NCBI GenBank assembly: GCA_965203055.1
Contig: OZ241863.1
Coordinates: 3,072,001-3,136,000 of the forward strand
DNA: 64,000 nucleotides
Reading direction: 5' to 3'
Source of the DNA: Spirochaetia bacterium
Lineage (GTDB): Bacteria > Spirochaetota > Spirochaetia > SZUA-6 > Bin103
Program-made: the position numbers and the translations under genes
Part shown: positions 27,843 through 38,252 of the stretch, in pieces
How the letters are laid out: each line of letters opens with the position of its first letter
Position numbering within the stretch: the stretch's first letter is position 1
Notes under the pieces: model-generated
Database searches by the model: none
Told to the model about the DNA's origin: nothing
What the model saw: only the letters and a program-made list of their open reading frames with translations

Positions 27843-29798
27843 ATGGTGGTGAAAAACAACATTACTCGGCTTCTGATACCGCTGCTCCTGTGCTCCGGCG
27901 CATTGCTCTGGGCCAGCGGCGCCGAGGAGGAATCGGGCGCGGCCGAAACCGCCGCCCCGATGGCAACCGGCAAGTACCGGGAGGCGCCGAGCCTGGCGCA
28001 GATGGTAGCTGACGGGAAGCTTCCTCCGGTGGAAGAACGGCTGCCCCCGGAACCGCTGGTGGTGCAGGTCAAGGATGAGATCGGCCAGTACGGGGGGAGC
28101 GTCACCGCCATCAAGCATGATCCCGCCAACTGGTACATGATCGCGCACGTCAACATCGAGCCGCTCATGGAGCTCGACCCGGAGGACTCGTTGAACGTCG
28201 TGCCCAACGTGGCGCGCGCCTGGGAGTGGAACGCCGACAGCTCGCAGCTCACGGTGCACCTCCGCCAAGGCATCCGCTGGTCGGACGGCGAGCCGTTCAC
28301 CGCGGAAGACCTGCGGTTCTATTACGAGGACGTCACCTTCAACGAGACCCTGACCCCGCTGGTGCCGGGCGCCTGGATGTCGCACGGCGCGCCGATGACC
28401 TTCACCCAGGTGGACGACAGCACGGTGCAATTCGGGTTCGCCGGTCCGGCCCCGGCCCAGTTGTTCATGTTCACGGCCGCGAACGGCTACATGAACCACT
28501 ACTTCCCGGCCCACTACTTCAAGCAGTTCCACATCGACTACAACGACGATGCGAACGCCAAGGCCAAGGAGGAAGGTCTCGAAGAGTGGTGGCAGTTGTT
28601 CAACCAGAACCGCGAGAAGACCCGCCCCTACATCCACTATCCCGGCGCCCCCTACCTGTACGCCTGGACGCCGACCTCGGTGACCATGGACCGTACCGTC
28701 TGGGACCGCAATCCCTACTACTGGAAGGTCGATGCGGAGGGCAATCAACTGCCGTACATCGACAACGTATACGGCGTGCTGGTGGTGGAGTCGGAGCTGG
28801 TCAAGGCGCGCGGCATCGCCGGCGAATTCGACTTCCTGGTCGAGGGCTTCGGCATGGACGAGGCCCCGCTGCTGGAGCAGAACGCCGAGCGCTACAACTA
28901 CAACGTCATCATCGGCCCCAACACCTGGGCCGGCGCCGGCTCCTACTACTTCAACCTCAATCACTCCGATCCGGTAAGGCGGGAGCTCTACCGGGACGCC
29001 CGCTTCCGGCGCGCGATGTCGCATGCGATCAACCGGGACGAGATCAACGAAATCGTGTTTCAGGGCATGGCGACCCCGCTGCTCGGCTTCGCCCTCGGCG
29101 ACGAGCCGTTCTATGACGCCGACGTGCAGCGCGCCGAGCAGGAGGCGATCCGCTACGACGTGGCCGAGGCCAATCGGCTGCTCGATGAAGTGGGCCTCAC
29201 GCAACGGGATTCCGACGGCTATCGCCTCACCTCCGACGGCAAGCGCCTCACTCTGGAAGTGATCACCGGCACCGGCCTGGCCGACCTGGTGACCATCTCC
29301 GAGCTGGTGACCAGCTATTGGGGAGAGGTCGGCGTGGAGCTGAAGTTCTCCATCATCGAGCGCAGTCTGTTCTCGCTGCGGACCAACAACGCCGACTACG
29401 ACTTGACCACCTGGATCATGGAGCCCAGCCAGTTGAAGTACCGCACCGACAGCCCGGCCACCGGGTTCTTCCTCTCCATCGGGCATTGGGCGCCGATGTG
29501 GCGGAAGTGGTATCAGTCGGGCGGCGCCGCGGGCGAGGAACCGGTCGGGGTTGCCAAGGAGATGCTGGAGCTGGGCCACGCCATGCGCAACGAGCTGGAC
29601 GACGCGAAGTGGCGGGAGATGGGCAAGGAGTTCATGCTGACCTTTGCCGAGAACGTGTTCGCCATCGGCACCGTCGGCCTGCCGCCGCGGCCGATGATCT
29701 TCCGCCGCAACATCGTCAATCTCTACGACGAGCTGGCGTGGACCAACGCCACCGCCGGCAACTTCCGCGGCCGCGCCTATCAGTGGTGGATACGGTAG
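27843..29798 (+). CDS. Family 5 ABC solute-binding protein
   Basis: Signal peptide, GKLPPVEERLP, LRQGIRWSDGEPFTAED, RNPYYWKVDAEGNQLPYID. Confidence 0.92.
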   Translation: MVVKNNITRLLIPLLLCSGALLWASGAEEESGAAETAAPMATGKYREAPSLAQMVADGKLPPVEERLPPEPLVVQVKDEIGQYGGSVTAIKHDPANWYMIAHVNIEPLMELDPEDSLNVVPNVARAWEWNADSSQLTVHLRQGIRWSDGEPFTAEDLRFYYEDVTFNETLTPLVPGAWMSHGAPMTFTQVDDSTVQFGFAGPAPAQLFMFTAANGYMNHYFPAHYFKQFHIDYNDDANAKAKEEGLEEWWQLFNQNREKTRPYIHYPGAPYLYAWTPTSVTMDRTVWDRNPYYWKVDAEGNQLPYIDNVYGVLVVESELVKARGIAGEFDFLVEGFGMDEAPLLEQNAERYNYNVIIGPNTWAGAGSYYFNLNHSDPVRRELYRDARFRRAMSHAINRDEINEIVFQGMATPLLGFALGDEPFYDADVQRAEQEAIRYDVAEANRLLDEVGLTQRDSDGYRLTSDGKRLTLEVITGTGLADLVTISELVTSYWGEVGVELKFSIIERSLFSLRTNNADYDLTTWIMEPSQLKYRTDSPATGFFLSIGHWAPMWRKWYQSGGAAGEEPVGVAKEMLELGHAMRNELDDAKWREMGKEFMLTFAENVFAIGTVGLPPRPMIFRRNIVNLYDELAWTNATAGNFRGRAYQWWIR

Positions 29799-29828
29799 CT
29801 ACCGGTACCTACGGCTAGGGTTCGGTCG

Positions 29829-29868
29829 ACTGCGACGAGCGTCCGCGCCGCGGGCGCTCGTTCGCAGT
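29829..29868 (+). terminator. Stem-loop after the SBP gene
   Basis: actgcgacgagcgtccgcg...gcgggcgctcgttcgcagt inverted repeat. Confidence 0.55.
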
Positions 29869-29926
29869 TGCCCGCGCCGCCCGCGCCCGCCCGCCGCACT
29901 GACAACATCCGCCAGAGGGGGAGAGA

Positions 29927-30922
29927 GTGGTTTCCTACGTCATCCGGCGCGCCCTGTACATGGTCGTGGTCCTGGTGGTCGTCTCGGTAGTCGCCTTCCT
30001 GATCATCCAGTTGCCGCCGGGCGACTATTTGACCGTCTACGCCGCCAATCAGGAAGCCCTCGGGCGCGACGTCGACCAGGCCGAACTCGCCGCCATGGGC
30101 AAGCTGTACGGCCTGGACAAGCCGGTGCACGTGCAGTACTTCGTGTGGGTCTGGGGATTTCTGCGCGGCAACCTGGGCTGGTCCTTCAATCTCAAGGAGA
30201 AGGTGGGCACGCTGATCGCCGACCGCCTCCCGTTCACCGTGATGCTCTCCCTGGCGTCGCTCGTATTCGCCTACGTCATAGCCATTCCCATCGGCATCTA
30301 CTCGGCCACGCACCAGTACTCCGCCGGCGACTTCGCCGCCACCTTCATGGGCTTCGTCGGTCTGGCGACCCCGAACTTCCTCCTGGCACTCATCTTCATG
30401 CTGTTGTTCAACCGCTGGTTCGGGCTCAACGTCGGCGGCCTGTTTTCGCCGGAATATATCGACGCCGCCTGGAGCTGGGCCAAGTTCATCGATCTGCTCA
30501 AGCACCTGCCTATTCCGGTGCTGGTAATCGGCACCGCCGGCACCGGCTATCTGGTGCGCGTCATGCGGGGCTCCCTGCTCGACGAGTTGGCGCGCCAGTA
30601 CGTGATCACCGCCCGCGCCAAGGGGGTGGCGGAGCGCACCCTGCTCTACAAGTACCCGGTGCGGCTGTCGGTCAACCCGATCGTCAGCACCGTCGGCTGG
30701 GCGCTGGCCGGAATCGTTTCCGGCGAGACGATCACGGCGATCGTGCTCGGCCTGGAAACCACCGGGCCGCTGCTGTTCCGCGCGCTGCTGGCGCAGGACA
30801 TGTACCTGGCGGGCAGCATCACGATGCTGCTGACGTTCCTGGTGGTAATCGGAACGTTCATTTCGGACCTGCTGCTGGTGCTGATAGATCCGCGAATCAG
30901 ATACGAGGCTCAGGGCCGCTGA
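29927..30922 (+). CDS. Dpp/Opp-type ABC permease (DppB-like)
   Basis: PPGDY, YGLDKP, YVITARAKG, IDPRIR. Confidence 0.92.
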   Translation: MVSYVIRRALYMVVVLVVVSVVAFLIIQLPPGDYLTVYAANQEALGRDVDQAELAAMGKLYGLDKPVHVQYFVWVWGFLRGNLGWSFNLKEKVGTLIADRLPFTVMLSLASLVFAYVIAIPIGIYSATHQYSAGDFAATFMGFVGLATPNFLLALIFMLLFNRWFGLNVGGLFSPEYIDAAWSWAKFIDLLKHLPIPVLVIGTAGTGYLVRVMRGSLLDELARQYVITARAKGVAERTLLYKYPVRLSVNPIVSTVGWALAGIVSGETITAIVLGLETTGPLLFRALLAQDMYLAGSITMLLTFLVVIGTFISDLLLVLIDPRIRYEAQGR

Positions 30923-32032
30923 ATGATCCGCCGGACGCGCCGCTCCGCTGCCGACGACCGCTATTACCTGGCTTCCCAGTGGCGGCTCATGTGGCGCAAG
31001 TTCACCCGCCACAAGCTGGCCATGGCGGCGGGCGCGGTGTTGGCCCTGTTCTACCTCGCGGCCGCGTTCTGCGAGTTCGTCGCGACCCATGACATCCTGA
31101 AGCACAGCGCGGAGTTCGTGTTCGTGCCGCCGCAGAAGATCCGCTTCGGCGACGAACGCGGCTACGGACTGCGCCCCTTCGTGTACGACATACGCAAGGA
31201 GATCGACCGCGAGAAGTTCCGCAGAGTCTACGTGGAGGATCCCGAGACGCGGCGCTACATTCGCTTCTTCGTGCGCGGCGATCCCTACCAGTTATGGGGC
31301 CTGTTCGAGTCCGATCTCCATCTGTTCGGCACCGCGGAGGGCGCATTCTTTCTGTTCGGGACCGACAAGCTGGGCCGGGATCTCTATTCGCGCACCGTCT
31401 ATGCGGCGCGAATCTCGTTGTCCATCGGGCTGATCGGCGTCTTCCTGAGCTTCGTGATCGGATGCTCCATGGGCGGCATCTCGGGCTACTACGGCGGCAC
31501 CCCCGACATGGTGATCCAGCGCGGCATCGAGATCCTGATCTCGCTGCCGACGATTCCCCTGTGGATGGCGTTGAGCGCGGCCCTGCCGAGGAGCTGGGGC
31601 ACGCTCAAGATCTACTTCGCCATTACCATCATCCTGTCGATGTTCGGCTGGGCGGGGCTGGCGCGCGTGGTGCGCGGCAAGTTGTTGGAGCTGCGGCAAC
31701 AGGACTTCGTGACCGCGGCTCGGGTGGCCGGGGCAGGCGAGGGGAAGATCGTTGCCCTGCACCTGCTCCCGTCGTTCCTGAGCTACCTGATCGTCAGCCT
31801 GACGCTGGCGGTGCCCTACATGATTCTGGGCGAGACCGCCCTCAGCTTCCTGGGCCTTGGCCTGCGCCCGCCGGTGGTGAGTTGGGGCGTCCTGCTGCAG
31901 GACGCGCAGAACGTGCACGCGGTACTGCTGCATCCCTGGCTGCTGATTCCGGGCCTGTTCGTGGTGGTCGCCGTGTTGGCGTTCAACTTCCTGGGCGACG
32001 GACTGCGCGACGCCGCCGACCCCTACAAGTGA
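30923..32032 (+). CDS. Dpp/Opp-type ABC permease (DppC-like)
   Basis: FGTDKLGRD, ETALSFLGLG, GDGLRDAADP. Confidence 0.92.
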   Translation: MIRRTRRSAADDRYYLASQWRLMWRKFTRHKLAMAAGAVLALFYLAAAFCEFVATHDILKHSAEFVFVPPQKIRFGDERGYGLRPFVYDIRKEIDREKFRRVYVEDPETRRYIRFFVRGDPYQLWGLFESDLHLFGTAEGAFFLFGTDKLGRDLYSRTVYAARISLSIGLIGVFLSFVIGCSMGGISGYYGGTPDMVIQRGIEILISLPTIPLWMALSAALPRSWGTLKIYFAITIILSMFGWAGLARVVRGKLLELRQQDFVTAARVAGAGEGKIVALHLLPSFLSYLIVSLTLAVPYMILGETALSFLGLGLRPPVVSWGVLLQDAQNVHAVLLHPWLLIPGLFVVVAVLAFNFLGDGLRDAADPYK

Positions 32033-32038
32033 GCGGGT

Positions 32039-33118
32039 TCAGGCGGCGGAGGGGGAGCGCGGCGGCAGCGGCGGAACCATCAGGCAGTTCGAGTCGCGGC
32101 GCTGGCGCCACAATACCGGGAGCATCTGCGCCCAGGCGCGCAGCAGGCCGCGCGGCGCGGGCGGCAGATCGGCGGCGATGGCCGCCCGCAGCTTGTGCAG
32201 GTTGTAGAACGGCACGCTGGGGAACATGTGGTGCTCGACGTGGTAGTTCATGTGCCAGTAGAGGAACCGTGTGAACGGCCCCAGCAGGATGGTGCGGCAG
32301 CAGAGCCGGTGGTCGGGCGTGTTCGCCGCCAGTCCGGAGTGTTGCGTCTCCACCAGCAGGAAGCTCAGCCACGGCGCCAGCCAGCGGGCGAAGGTTACCA
32401 CCAGCAGCATGATCCAGGCATCGGTCGCAATGAACAGCGCCGCCAGCGCCAGATGTCCCAGCAGCACCACCCGCGCCCAACCGAACAACGCCGCGCGCTT
32501 GGCGGCATCTCCCTGCCCCACCGGGCGGTCGGCGAAGCAGTGCTGCTCCCAGGTGACGCCGGGACCGCTGTCGTCGAGCCGGCCCAGGCTCCAGCGCAGC
32601 AGGGTGCGCAGCTCCGCGGCCATGCTCGGCACCGCCAACACGAAGCGGAACAGCCATTGCAGCGGCCGCAGCGGGCGCGGCAGCCGCACCTCGCCGTCGA
32701 GCTCGTCGTGCACCGTGTACTGGTGATGGCGCACGTGGCTGGCGCGAAAGTAGTCGGGGCTGGACCAGTGCAGGAATGAGAACAACCGCAGAAACAGCTC
32801 GTTGAGCAGGCGGGAGCGAAACACGGTGCGGTGCGACAGCTCGTGCCGCGAATGTTGCAGGGTACGGAACAGCGAGCCGTGCAGGAACAACGCGGCGACC
32901 AGCCACGGCCAGCTCAAGTGGCGCTCGGCCAGCACCACGATGCCGCCGCTGGCGGTGAGCAGGACGATGAAGCCGAGCGCGTGCAGCAGCGGCCGCAGGT
33001 TGCGGCGCTGCGACAGGGCGCGCAGCTCGGTCATGGGAAGCGGCGACCGGTACCAGCGAACCCGCTGATTGGCGGCCCAGTCGTGTTCGAGGGGCGCCGT
33101 CGTGGGCGAACCAGCCAT
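32039..33118 (-). CDS. Membrane di-iron fatty acid desaturase family protein (MocD-like)
   Basis: His boxes HELSH, HVRHH and HMNYHVEHH, plus VPFYNL. Start placed at ATG 33118. Confidence 0.88.
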   Translation of the reverse strand: MAGSPTTAPLEHDWAANQRVRWYRSPLPMTELRALSQRRNLRPLLHALGFIVLLTASGGIVVLAERHLSWPWLVAALFLHGSLFRTLQHSRHELSHRTVFRSRLLNELFLRLFSFLHWSSPDYFRASHVRHHQYTVHDELDGEVRLPRPLRPLQWLFRFVLAVPSMAAELRTLLRWSLGRLDDSGPGVTWEQHCFADRPVGQGDAAKRAALFGWARVVLLGHLALAALFIATDAWIMLLVVTFARWLAPWLSFLLVETQHSGLAANTPDHRLCCRTILLGPFTRFLYWHMNYHVEHHMFPSVPFYNLHKLRAAIAADLPPAPRGLLRAWAQMLPVLWRQRRDSNCLMVPPLPPRSPSAA

Positions 33119-33129
33119 GAGACCGCGGC

Positions 33130-33441
33130 TCAGCCCTGCTCCGCCTTCTGGATGAACTTCTGCTTGGCGTAGTCGCTCACGCCCTCGGCGGCCTTGGCCG
33201 CCCGCTCCCACTCGCCCCGTTGCTCGTGATAGTGCATCGCCTTGTAGGGCTCCTCATCCTCGGCCAGCGCGCCCGTGGCGCCGATGTTCGGGGAGGCGAA
33301 GCTGTGGCTGGCGTAGTCGCGCGGAGCGGGCGCGCCGCAGGCCGGGCAGCGCGTGCGCGCCGCCTCGGTGGTCCGGCTGCTGAGCAACAGCTTCTCGAAT
33401 ACCTGCGCGCAGGCACTGCAGCGATATACGTATACCGGCAT
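33130..33441 (-). CDS. FmdB-family zinc-ribbon protein with a helical C-terminal extension
   Basis: MPVYVYRCSACAQVFE...CPACG. Confidence 0.85.
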   Translation of the reverse strand: MPVYVYRCSACAQVFEKLLLSSRTTEAARTRCPACGAPAPRDYASHSFASPNIGATGALAEDEEPYKAMHYHEQRGEWERAAKAAEGVSDYAKQKFIQKAEQG

Positions 33442-33504
33442 GGACCGCCAGCATACCACGTTGGCCTACCCGGCGTCACGCATCGGTTTCGCGCGGCTGC
33501 GGGA

Positions 33505-35112
33505 CTACTTCGCGACCGTGCGGTACCACACCTGATCGAAGCTCAGGCCGGTCGCGAACCCGGTGACGTTGCGGCGCCGCGCGATCTGTTCGGTCTGCTG
33601 GAACATGATCACGTAGGGGCCCTCGTGCTGCAGGCGGCGCTGCAGGCCGCGGTAGAGCTCGGCGCGCCGCGCCGGGTCAGGTTCGTTGCGCGCCGCTACC
33701 ACCGCGGCGTTGATCTCGTCGCGCGCCCAGGCGTTGCGCCAGGCCAGCACGCCGGTCAGGTTCGCTTCCGGGCGGTTGTCGGGGTTGTGCGCGAAGGCCG
33801 CGGCGTTGGCGTGCGGGTCGACGTAGTCGATCGACCAGGGGGCGAGAATCAGCTCGTGGCGGCGCGCGCGGTACCAGGGCCACAGCTCCGCGCCATCCTG
33901 CGTCACCACCTGCGCCTCGATGCCGGCCTCGGCCAGGGTTGCCCGCACCGCCTGCGCAATCGCCGGAAACGGCGGCGTGGTGAGCGTGTCGAGGCGCACC
34001 GCGAAGCCGCCGCCGTGGCCGGCCTGCGCCAGCAGCGACTTCGCCCGCTCCAGGTCGAGGCGGTAGGGCGCCGCCGGCCAGGCCGCCCACAGGCCGCGCG
34101 GCCAGAATGCCTGCTGCACCGTGAACTGGCCGGCGAGAAAGGAATCGGCCATGCCGTGATAGTCGACGGCGTGGCGCAGCGCCCGCACCACCTGCTCCTT
34201 GCCGAGGATCGGATGGGCGGCGTTCGCCGCCAGATAGACCACCGTGCCCTTCGGATGGCTATCGACCGCCACGTCGGCGTTGCCGGCCAGGCCGGCGATC
34301 AGGTCAGGCGTGAGGTCGCGCGCCAGGTCCACGGCGCCCGACTCCAGCAGCCGCCGCTGGGCGGCGGGCTCCGGCACGTGGCGCAGGATGACGCGCCTCA
34401 CTCCCGGCGCGCCGCCGTGGTAGTCGGGATTGGCGGTCAGAATCACCGTCTCGCCCGGCTCCCACCGCTGCAGCCGAAACGGACCGGAGCCGGCGCTGTT
34501 GGCGCGCAGCCACCCCGCGCCGAGGTCGCCCTCCTGCTCCTGCGCCAGCGCGAGCTTCCGGTCCACCACCGATCCGAGGCCGGCGGAGAGCACGTGCAGC
34601 ACCAGCCGGGGCGAGAACCGCTCGACGAGGGTCAGGCTGACCCGGCGGTCGTCCACCGCCTCGATCAGCTCGCCGACGTTGTCCGCGTTCCAGCCGAACT
34701 GCGCGAGCAGGGAGGCCGGCGATCCGTCCCGCCGGATCACCCGCTCCAGGGAGAACTCGACGTCCTCGGGGCGCACCGGGTTGCCGGAGTGGAACCGCAG
34801 GCCGTCGCGAATCCGCAGCGTGATCGTCTTGCCGTCGCCGCTCACCGTGTGACTCTCGGCGACGCCGCCGGTCAGCGCGCGCGGGTCCTCCGGCGCGAAC
34901 GTCATGATCCGATCGTAGAGGTTGGCGATGATCTCGCCGGCGGTGAACTCGAACGCTTCCGCCGGATCCAGGGTGATGAGGTCGGCGATGTCCTTCGCGA
35001 TGACCAGGGTGTCCGCGCCGGTCTCGGCCGCGGCCGGCGCGGCGGCCAGGGCGAGGAGGGCGAGGATGCCGAGCAGGGCGATGAACGCCCGCGTGAACCG
35101 AGATGCCACCAT
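33505..35112 (-). CDS. Orphan family 5 solute-binding protein (DppA/DdpA-like)
   Basis: Signal peptide ending AAA-ET, ITLDPAEAFE, IRDGLRFHSGNP, AGSGPF, DYVDPH. Confidence 0.9.
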   Translation of the reverse strand: MVASRFTRAFIALLGILALLALAAAPAAAETGADTLVIAKDIADLITLDPAEAFEFTAGEIIANLYDRIMTFAPEDPRALTGGVAESHTVSGDGKTITLRIRDGLRFHSGNPVRPEDVEFSLERVIRRDGSPASLLAQFGWNADNVGELIEAVDDRRVSLTLVERFSPRLVLHVLSAGLGSVVDRKLALAQEQEGDLGAGWLRANSAGSGPFRLQRWEPGETVILTANPDYHGGAPGVRRVILRHVPEPAAQRRLLESGAVDLARDLTPDLIAGLAGNADVAVDSHPKGTVVYLAANAAHPILGKEQVVRALRHAVDYHGMADSFLAGQFTVQQAFWPRGLWAAWPAAPYRLDLERAKSLLAQAGHGGGFAVRLDTLTTPPFPAIAQAVRATLAEAGIEAQVVTQDGAELWPWYRARRHELILAPWSIDYVDPHANAAAFAHNPDNRPEANLTGVLAWRNAWARDEINAAVVAARNEPDPARRAELYRGLQRRLQHEGPYVIMFQQTEQIARRRNVTGFATGLSFDQVWYRTVAK

Positions 35113-35150
35113 GCTTCCAGGATACCGGCCGCGTCGCAGGATGAGCACTG

Positions 35151-35804
35151 TCATGATCCGGATTGCCGGCCGCCGGCAGCGGGCGGGCCGGCCTGCAGAT
35201 GGCTGGTGTCGTTCAGCAGTTCGAGCGCGGTGTGGCCGCCGGCGAACACGGTGATGACGGACAGACTGCAGTTGTCCAGCGCGAACCGCCACATGCTGGC
35301 CGGCGGCAGCTCCAGCAGCCGCACGATCGCGGCGCGCAGCGAGCCGCCGTGCGCCACCAGCAGCAGGTTGCCGTCGTCCCCGGCGTGCGCGTCGCGCAGC
35401 CGGTCCACCGCGACCCCTACCCGCGTGAACAGGCGCTGCATGCTCTCCCCGCCCGGCGGCGCCCAGGAGACGCCCCCGGAAAGGCGCGCGGCGTGGCGTT
35501 GCGGGTCGCGGGCTGCGATTTCCGCGTCAGTCAGCCCCTCCCAGGCGCCGTAGCTCCGTTCGCGCAGCGCGGGAAGGGTGATCAGCGGCAGCTCCCGGCC
35601 GCGCATGATCGGCTGCGCCGTGCGCATGACGCGCCCCAGGTCGCTCGCGTACGCCGCGCTGAAGCGCATAGGGCGCAGCCGCGCCGCGGTGGCCTGCGCC
35701 TGCGCGCGTCCCCGGGCGTTGAGCGGCACGTCCGACTGCCCCTGCCCGCGGCCGGTGAGATTCCAGTCGGTCTCCCCGTGGCGCACCAGAAACCATCTAC
35801 CCAT
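35151..35804 (-). CDS. cobC: Histidine phosphatase, alpha-ribazole phosphatase-like
   Basis: RHGET, ASDL.R, YGAWEG, GGES, AHGG. Last gene of the cob cluster. Confidence 0.8.
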   Translation of the reverse strand: MGRWFLVRHGETDWNLTGRGQGQSDVPLNARGRAQAQATAARLRPMRFSAAYASDLGRVMRTAQPIMRGRELPLITLPALRERSYGAWEGLTDAEIAARDPQRHAARLSGGVSWAPPGGESMQRLFTRVGVAVDRLRDAHAGDDGNLLLVAHGGSLRAAIVRLLELPPASMWRFALDNCSLSVITVFAGGHTALELLNDTSHLQAGPPAAGGRQSGS

Positions 35805-36369
35805 CAGTCATGCTCCCGAACGGCCGGGCGCCCAGTTCCTTCAACTCCAGGGCCAGCCCGGCCACCATCAGGTACACGCGGCCGGCGCGCGCGGCGCAGA
35901 GCTGGTTCACCCGGCCGAGCGCGTCGCGGTAGGTCCGCCCGAGCGGCCACGCCGGCACCACCCCCAGGCCCACCTCGTTGCTGACCGCGATCCAGGTCGC
36001 CGCGGAGCGTTCGATCAGCTCCAGCAGCCGGCCGGCGGCGTCAAGTATGATCTGCTCCGCGTTGGCGTCCGCTTCGTGCCGCAACAGCAGATTGCTGACC
36101 CACAGCGTGAGGCAATCGATCACCACGGTATCGTAGCGGTTCATGATCGGCGCGGCCGCGCCGGCCAGGTCGAGCGGCTCCTCCAGCGTGTCCCAGCCTT
36201 CGGGCCGCCGCGCGCGATGGGCGGCGATGCGGCGCTCCATCTCGGCGTCCAGCGCCTGCGCGGTGGCGATGAACAGCACCCGGCCGCCGCGCCGCTCCGC
36301 GAGCCGCTCTGCGGCCGTGCTCTTGCCGGAGCGAGCGCCGCCCAGCAGCAGGATCAACTCGCCGCTCAT
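35797..36369 (-). CDS. cobU: Adenosylcobinamide kinase / guanylyltransferase
   Basis: GGARSGKS, EM..RI..HR, EEP, DCLTLW, SNEVGLG, YRD.LG.VNQ. Confidence 0.95.
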   Translation of the reverse strand: MSGELILLLGGARSGKSTAAERLAERRGGRVLFIATAQALDAEMERRIAAHRARRPEGWDTLEEPLDLAGAAAPIMNRYDTVVIDCLTLWVSNLLLRHEADANAEQIILDAAGRLLELIERSAATWIAVSNEVGLGVVPAWPLGRTYRDALGRVNQLCAARAGRVYLMVAGLALELKELGARPFGSMTDG

Positions 36370-37169
36370 GATGCCAGCGGCGAACGCAGCGCGTCCGCAT
36401 CGGCCGCCGTCAGGAGGACGGCCAGCACCAGGACAGCGGCCTCGGCAATCTCGTTCGCCGCGCCGTAGACGTCGCCGGTCACCCCGCCGAGCAGGCGCGC
36501 CGCGGCCGCCCCGACGCCCCACGCCGCCGCGCCGGCGAGCGCCGCCAGCGCCAGCCCCGGCGGCCCGGCCAAGGCCGCGGCCGCGGCCAGCGCCGCCGGC
36601 AGTCCGCACCACAGTGGCAGGCGGCCGCGGCAGTTGGCGAACGGAGTGCCAAGTCCCTGCCGCCGGAGATATGGAAACGAGTCGATGACCGGCAGCATCG
36701 CCGCGCGCGACAGGCAGGGGAACAGCATGATCACGCCGATGCGGCTCGCCTCCGGAAGCGTCGCGAGCGCGGCGAACTTGACCAGCAGCAGGCAGACCAC
36801 GCCGACCACGGCAAACGCGCCGACATGGGGATCCTTGAGTATCTCCCGGCGCCGGGCGCGGTCGAAGCCGCCGAACAGCGCGTCGCAGGTGTCCATGAAC
36901 CCGTCCAGGTGCAGGGCTCGGGTCAGTACGGCAAGGGCGGCCACCAGCAGGGCGGCGGCGAGCAGCGCCGGCAGGTGCAGCGCCCGCAACGCCGCGTCCA
37001 GCGCGGCCAGCATCGCCCCCAGCAGCAGGCCGACCGCCGGGAACCAGCCGCGCGCGCCGGCGAGCGGGGCGCCCGCGCCGCGCGTTGCGACCGGCAGGAT
37101 GGTCAGGAAGCCGAGCGCCGCGTGGCAGGACGCGAAGCAGGAGGAGACGGCGCGGAGAGTCTTCGTCAT
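36366..37169 (-). CDS. cobS: Cobalamin synthase (adenosylcobinamide-GDP ribazoletransferase)
   Basis: FLTILP, LHLDGFMDTCD, KDPHVGAF, GGVTGDVYGA. Confidence 0.95.
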   Translation of the reverse strand: MTKTLRAVSSCFASCHAALGFLTILPVATRGAGAPLAGARGWFPAVGLLLGAMLAALDAALRALHLPALLAAALLVAALAVLTRALHLDGFMDTCDALFGGFDRARRREILKDPHVGAFAVVGVVCLLLVKFAALATLPEASRIGVIMLFPCLSRAAMLPVIDSFPYLRRQGLGTPFANCRGRLPLWCGLPAALAAAAALAGPPGLALAALAGAAAWGVGAAAARLLGGVTGDVYGAANEIAEAAVLVLAVLLTAADADALRSPLAS

Positions 37170-37178
37170 ACGGCTAGT

Positions 37179-38252
37179 TCAGGGCGCGCGCGCCGCGGCG
37201 CCGCGGGCGCTGACGCCGGCCTCGGCGAAGGTGGCCATCTCCGCCAGGCAGGCCGCGGCGGCGGCGATGATCGGCACGGCAAGCAGGGCGCCGGTGCCTT
37301 CGCCGAGCCGCAGCTCCAGGTCCAGCAGCGGGCGCAGTTGCAGATGAGACAACGCCGCCTGATGTCCCGGTTCGGCGGAGCGGTGCGCGGCGATCAGGTA
37401 GTCGCGCGCCGGCGGGCACAGGCGCTGCGCCAGCAGGGCCGCGGCGCCGGCGATGAAGCCGTCCAGCACCACGGCGCGGCGCCGGCCGGCCGCGCCCAGC
37501 ATGACGCCGGCCAGCACGCCAAGCTCGAAGCCCCCCACCTTCGCCAGTACGCCGAGGGGGTCGCCCGGGTCGGGCGCGTTGACCAGCAGCGCCCGCCGCA
37601 CCACCTCGATCTTGCGGCGCAGCTCGTCCGCGGTCCGGCCGGTGCCGGGACCGGTGGTCCGCTCCGGCGCGGTTCCGGTCATTGCCGAGGTGACCGCGCT
37701 CGCCGCGGTGGTGTTGCCGATGCCCATCTCCCCGGTCGCGATCAGGTCTGCCCCGCCGGCGGCGGCCTCGGCCGCGAAGCCCGCGCCCGCTTCGACGCAG
37801 CGCTGCGCCTGCTGCCGGGTCATCGCCGGTCCGCGGCTGACGTCGCCGGTACCGCGCCCGGCGCGCAACGCGCGCAACTGCGGCTGCGGCGGTAGCTCGT
37901 CCGCCGCGATTCCGGCGTCCACCACGATCTGCCGCACGCCCAGCCGGCGCGCCATGACGCTGACCGCGGCGCCGCCGGCCAGGAAGTTCCGCATCATCTG
38001 CGCGGTCACCGCCTGCGGGTAGCCGGTCACCCCCTGCGCAACCACGCCATGGTCGCCGGCCGCGACGATCACGGCCGAGTTGCGGATCGCCGGCCGGTCG
38101 CTGCCATAGATCCCGGCAAGCTGAATCGACACCTCCTCCAGGCGCCCCAGGCTGCCCGGAGGCTTGGTCAGGGTCAGGTGGCGGGCCGCGGCGCGCTGCC
38201 GGGCGCCGGCGTCCGCCGGCGCGATGCGGCCGAGCGTTTCGGCCAGCGTCAT
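37179..38252 (-). CDS. cobT: Nicotinate-nucleotide dimethylbenzimidazole phosphoribosyltransferase
   Basis: LTKPPGSLGRLE, DHGV, GEMGIGNTT, LDGF, RLGEGTGA. ATG 38252 overlaps the upstream stop. Confidence 0.95.
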   Translation of the reverse strand: MTLAETLGRIAPADAGARQRAAARHLTLTKPPGSLGRLEEVSIQLAGIYGSDRPAIRNSAVIVAAGDHGVVAQGVTGYPQAVTAQMMRNFLAGGAAVSVMARRLGVRQIVVDAGIAADELPPQPQLRALRAGRGTGDVSRGPAMTRQQAQRCVEAGAGFAAEAAAGGADLIATGEMGIGNTTAASAVTSAMTGTAPERTTGPGTGRTADELRRKIEVVRRALLVNAPDPGDPLGVLAKVGGFELGVLAGVMLGAAGRRRAVVLDGFIAGAAALLAQRLCPPARDYLIAAHRSAEPGHQAALSHLQLRPLLDLELRLGEGTGALLAVPIIAAAAACLAEMATFAEAGVSARGAAARAP

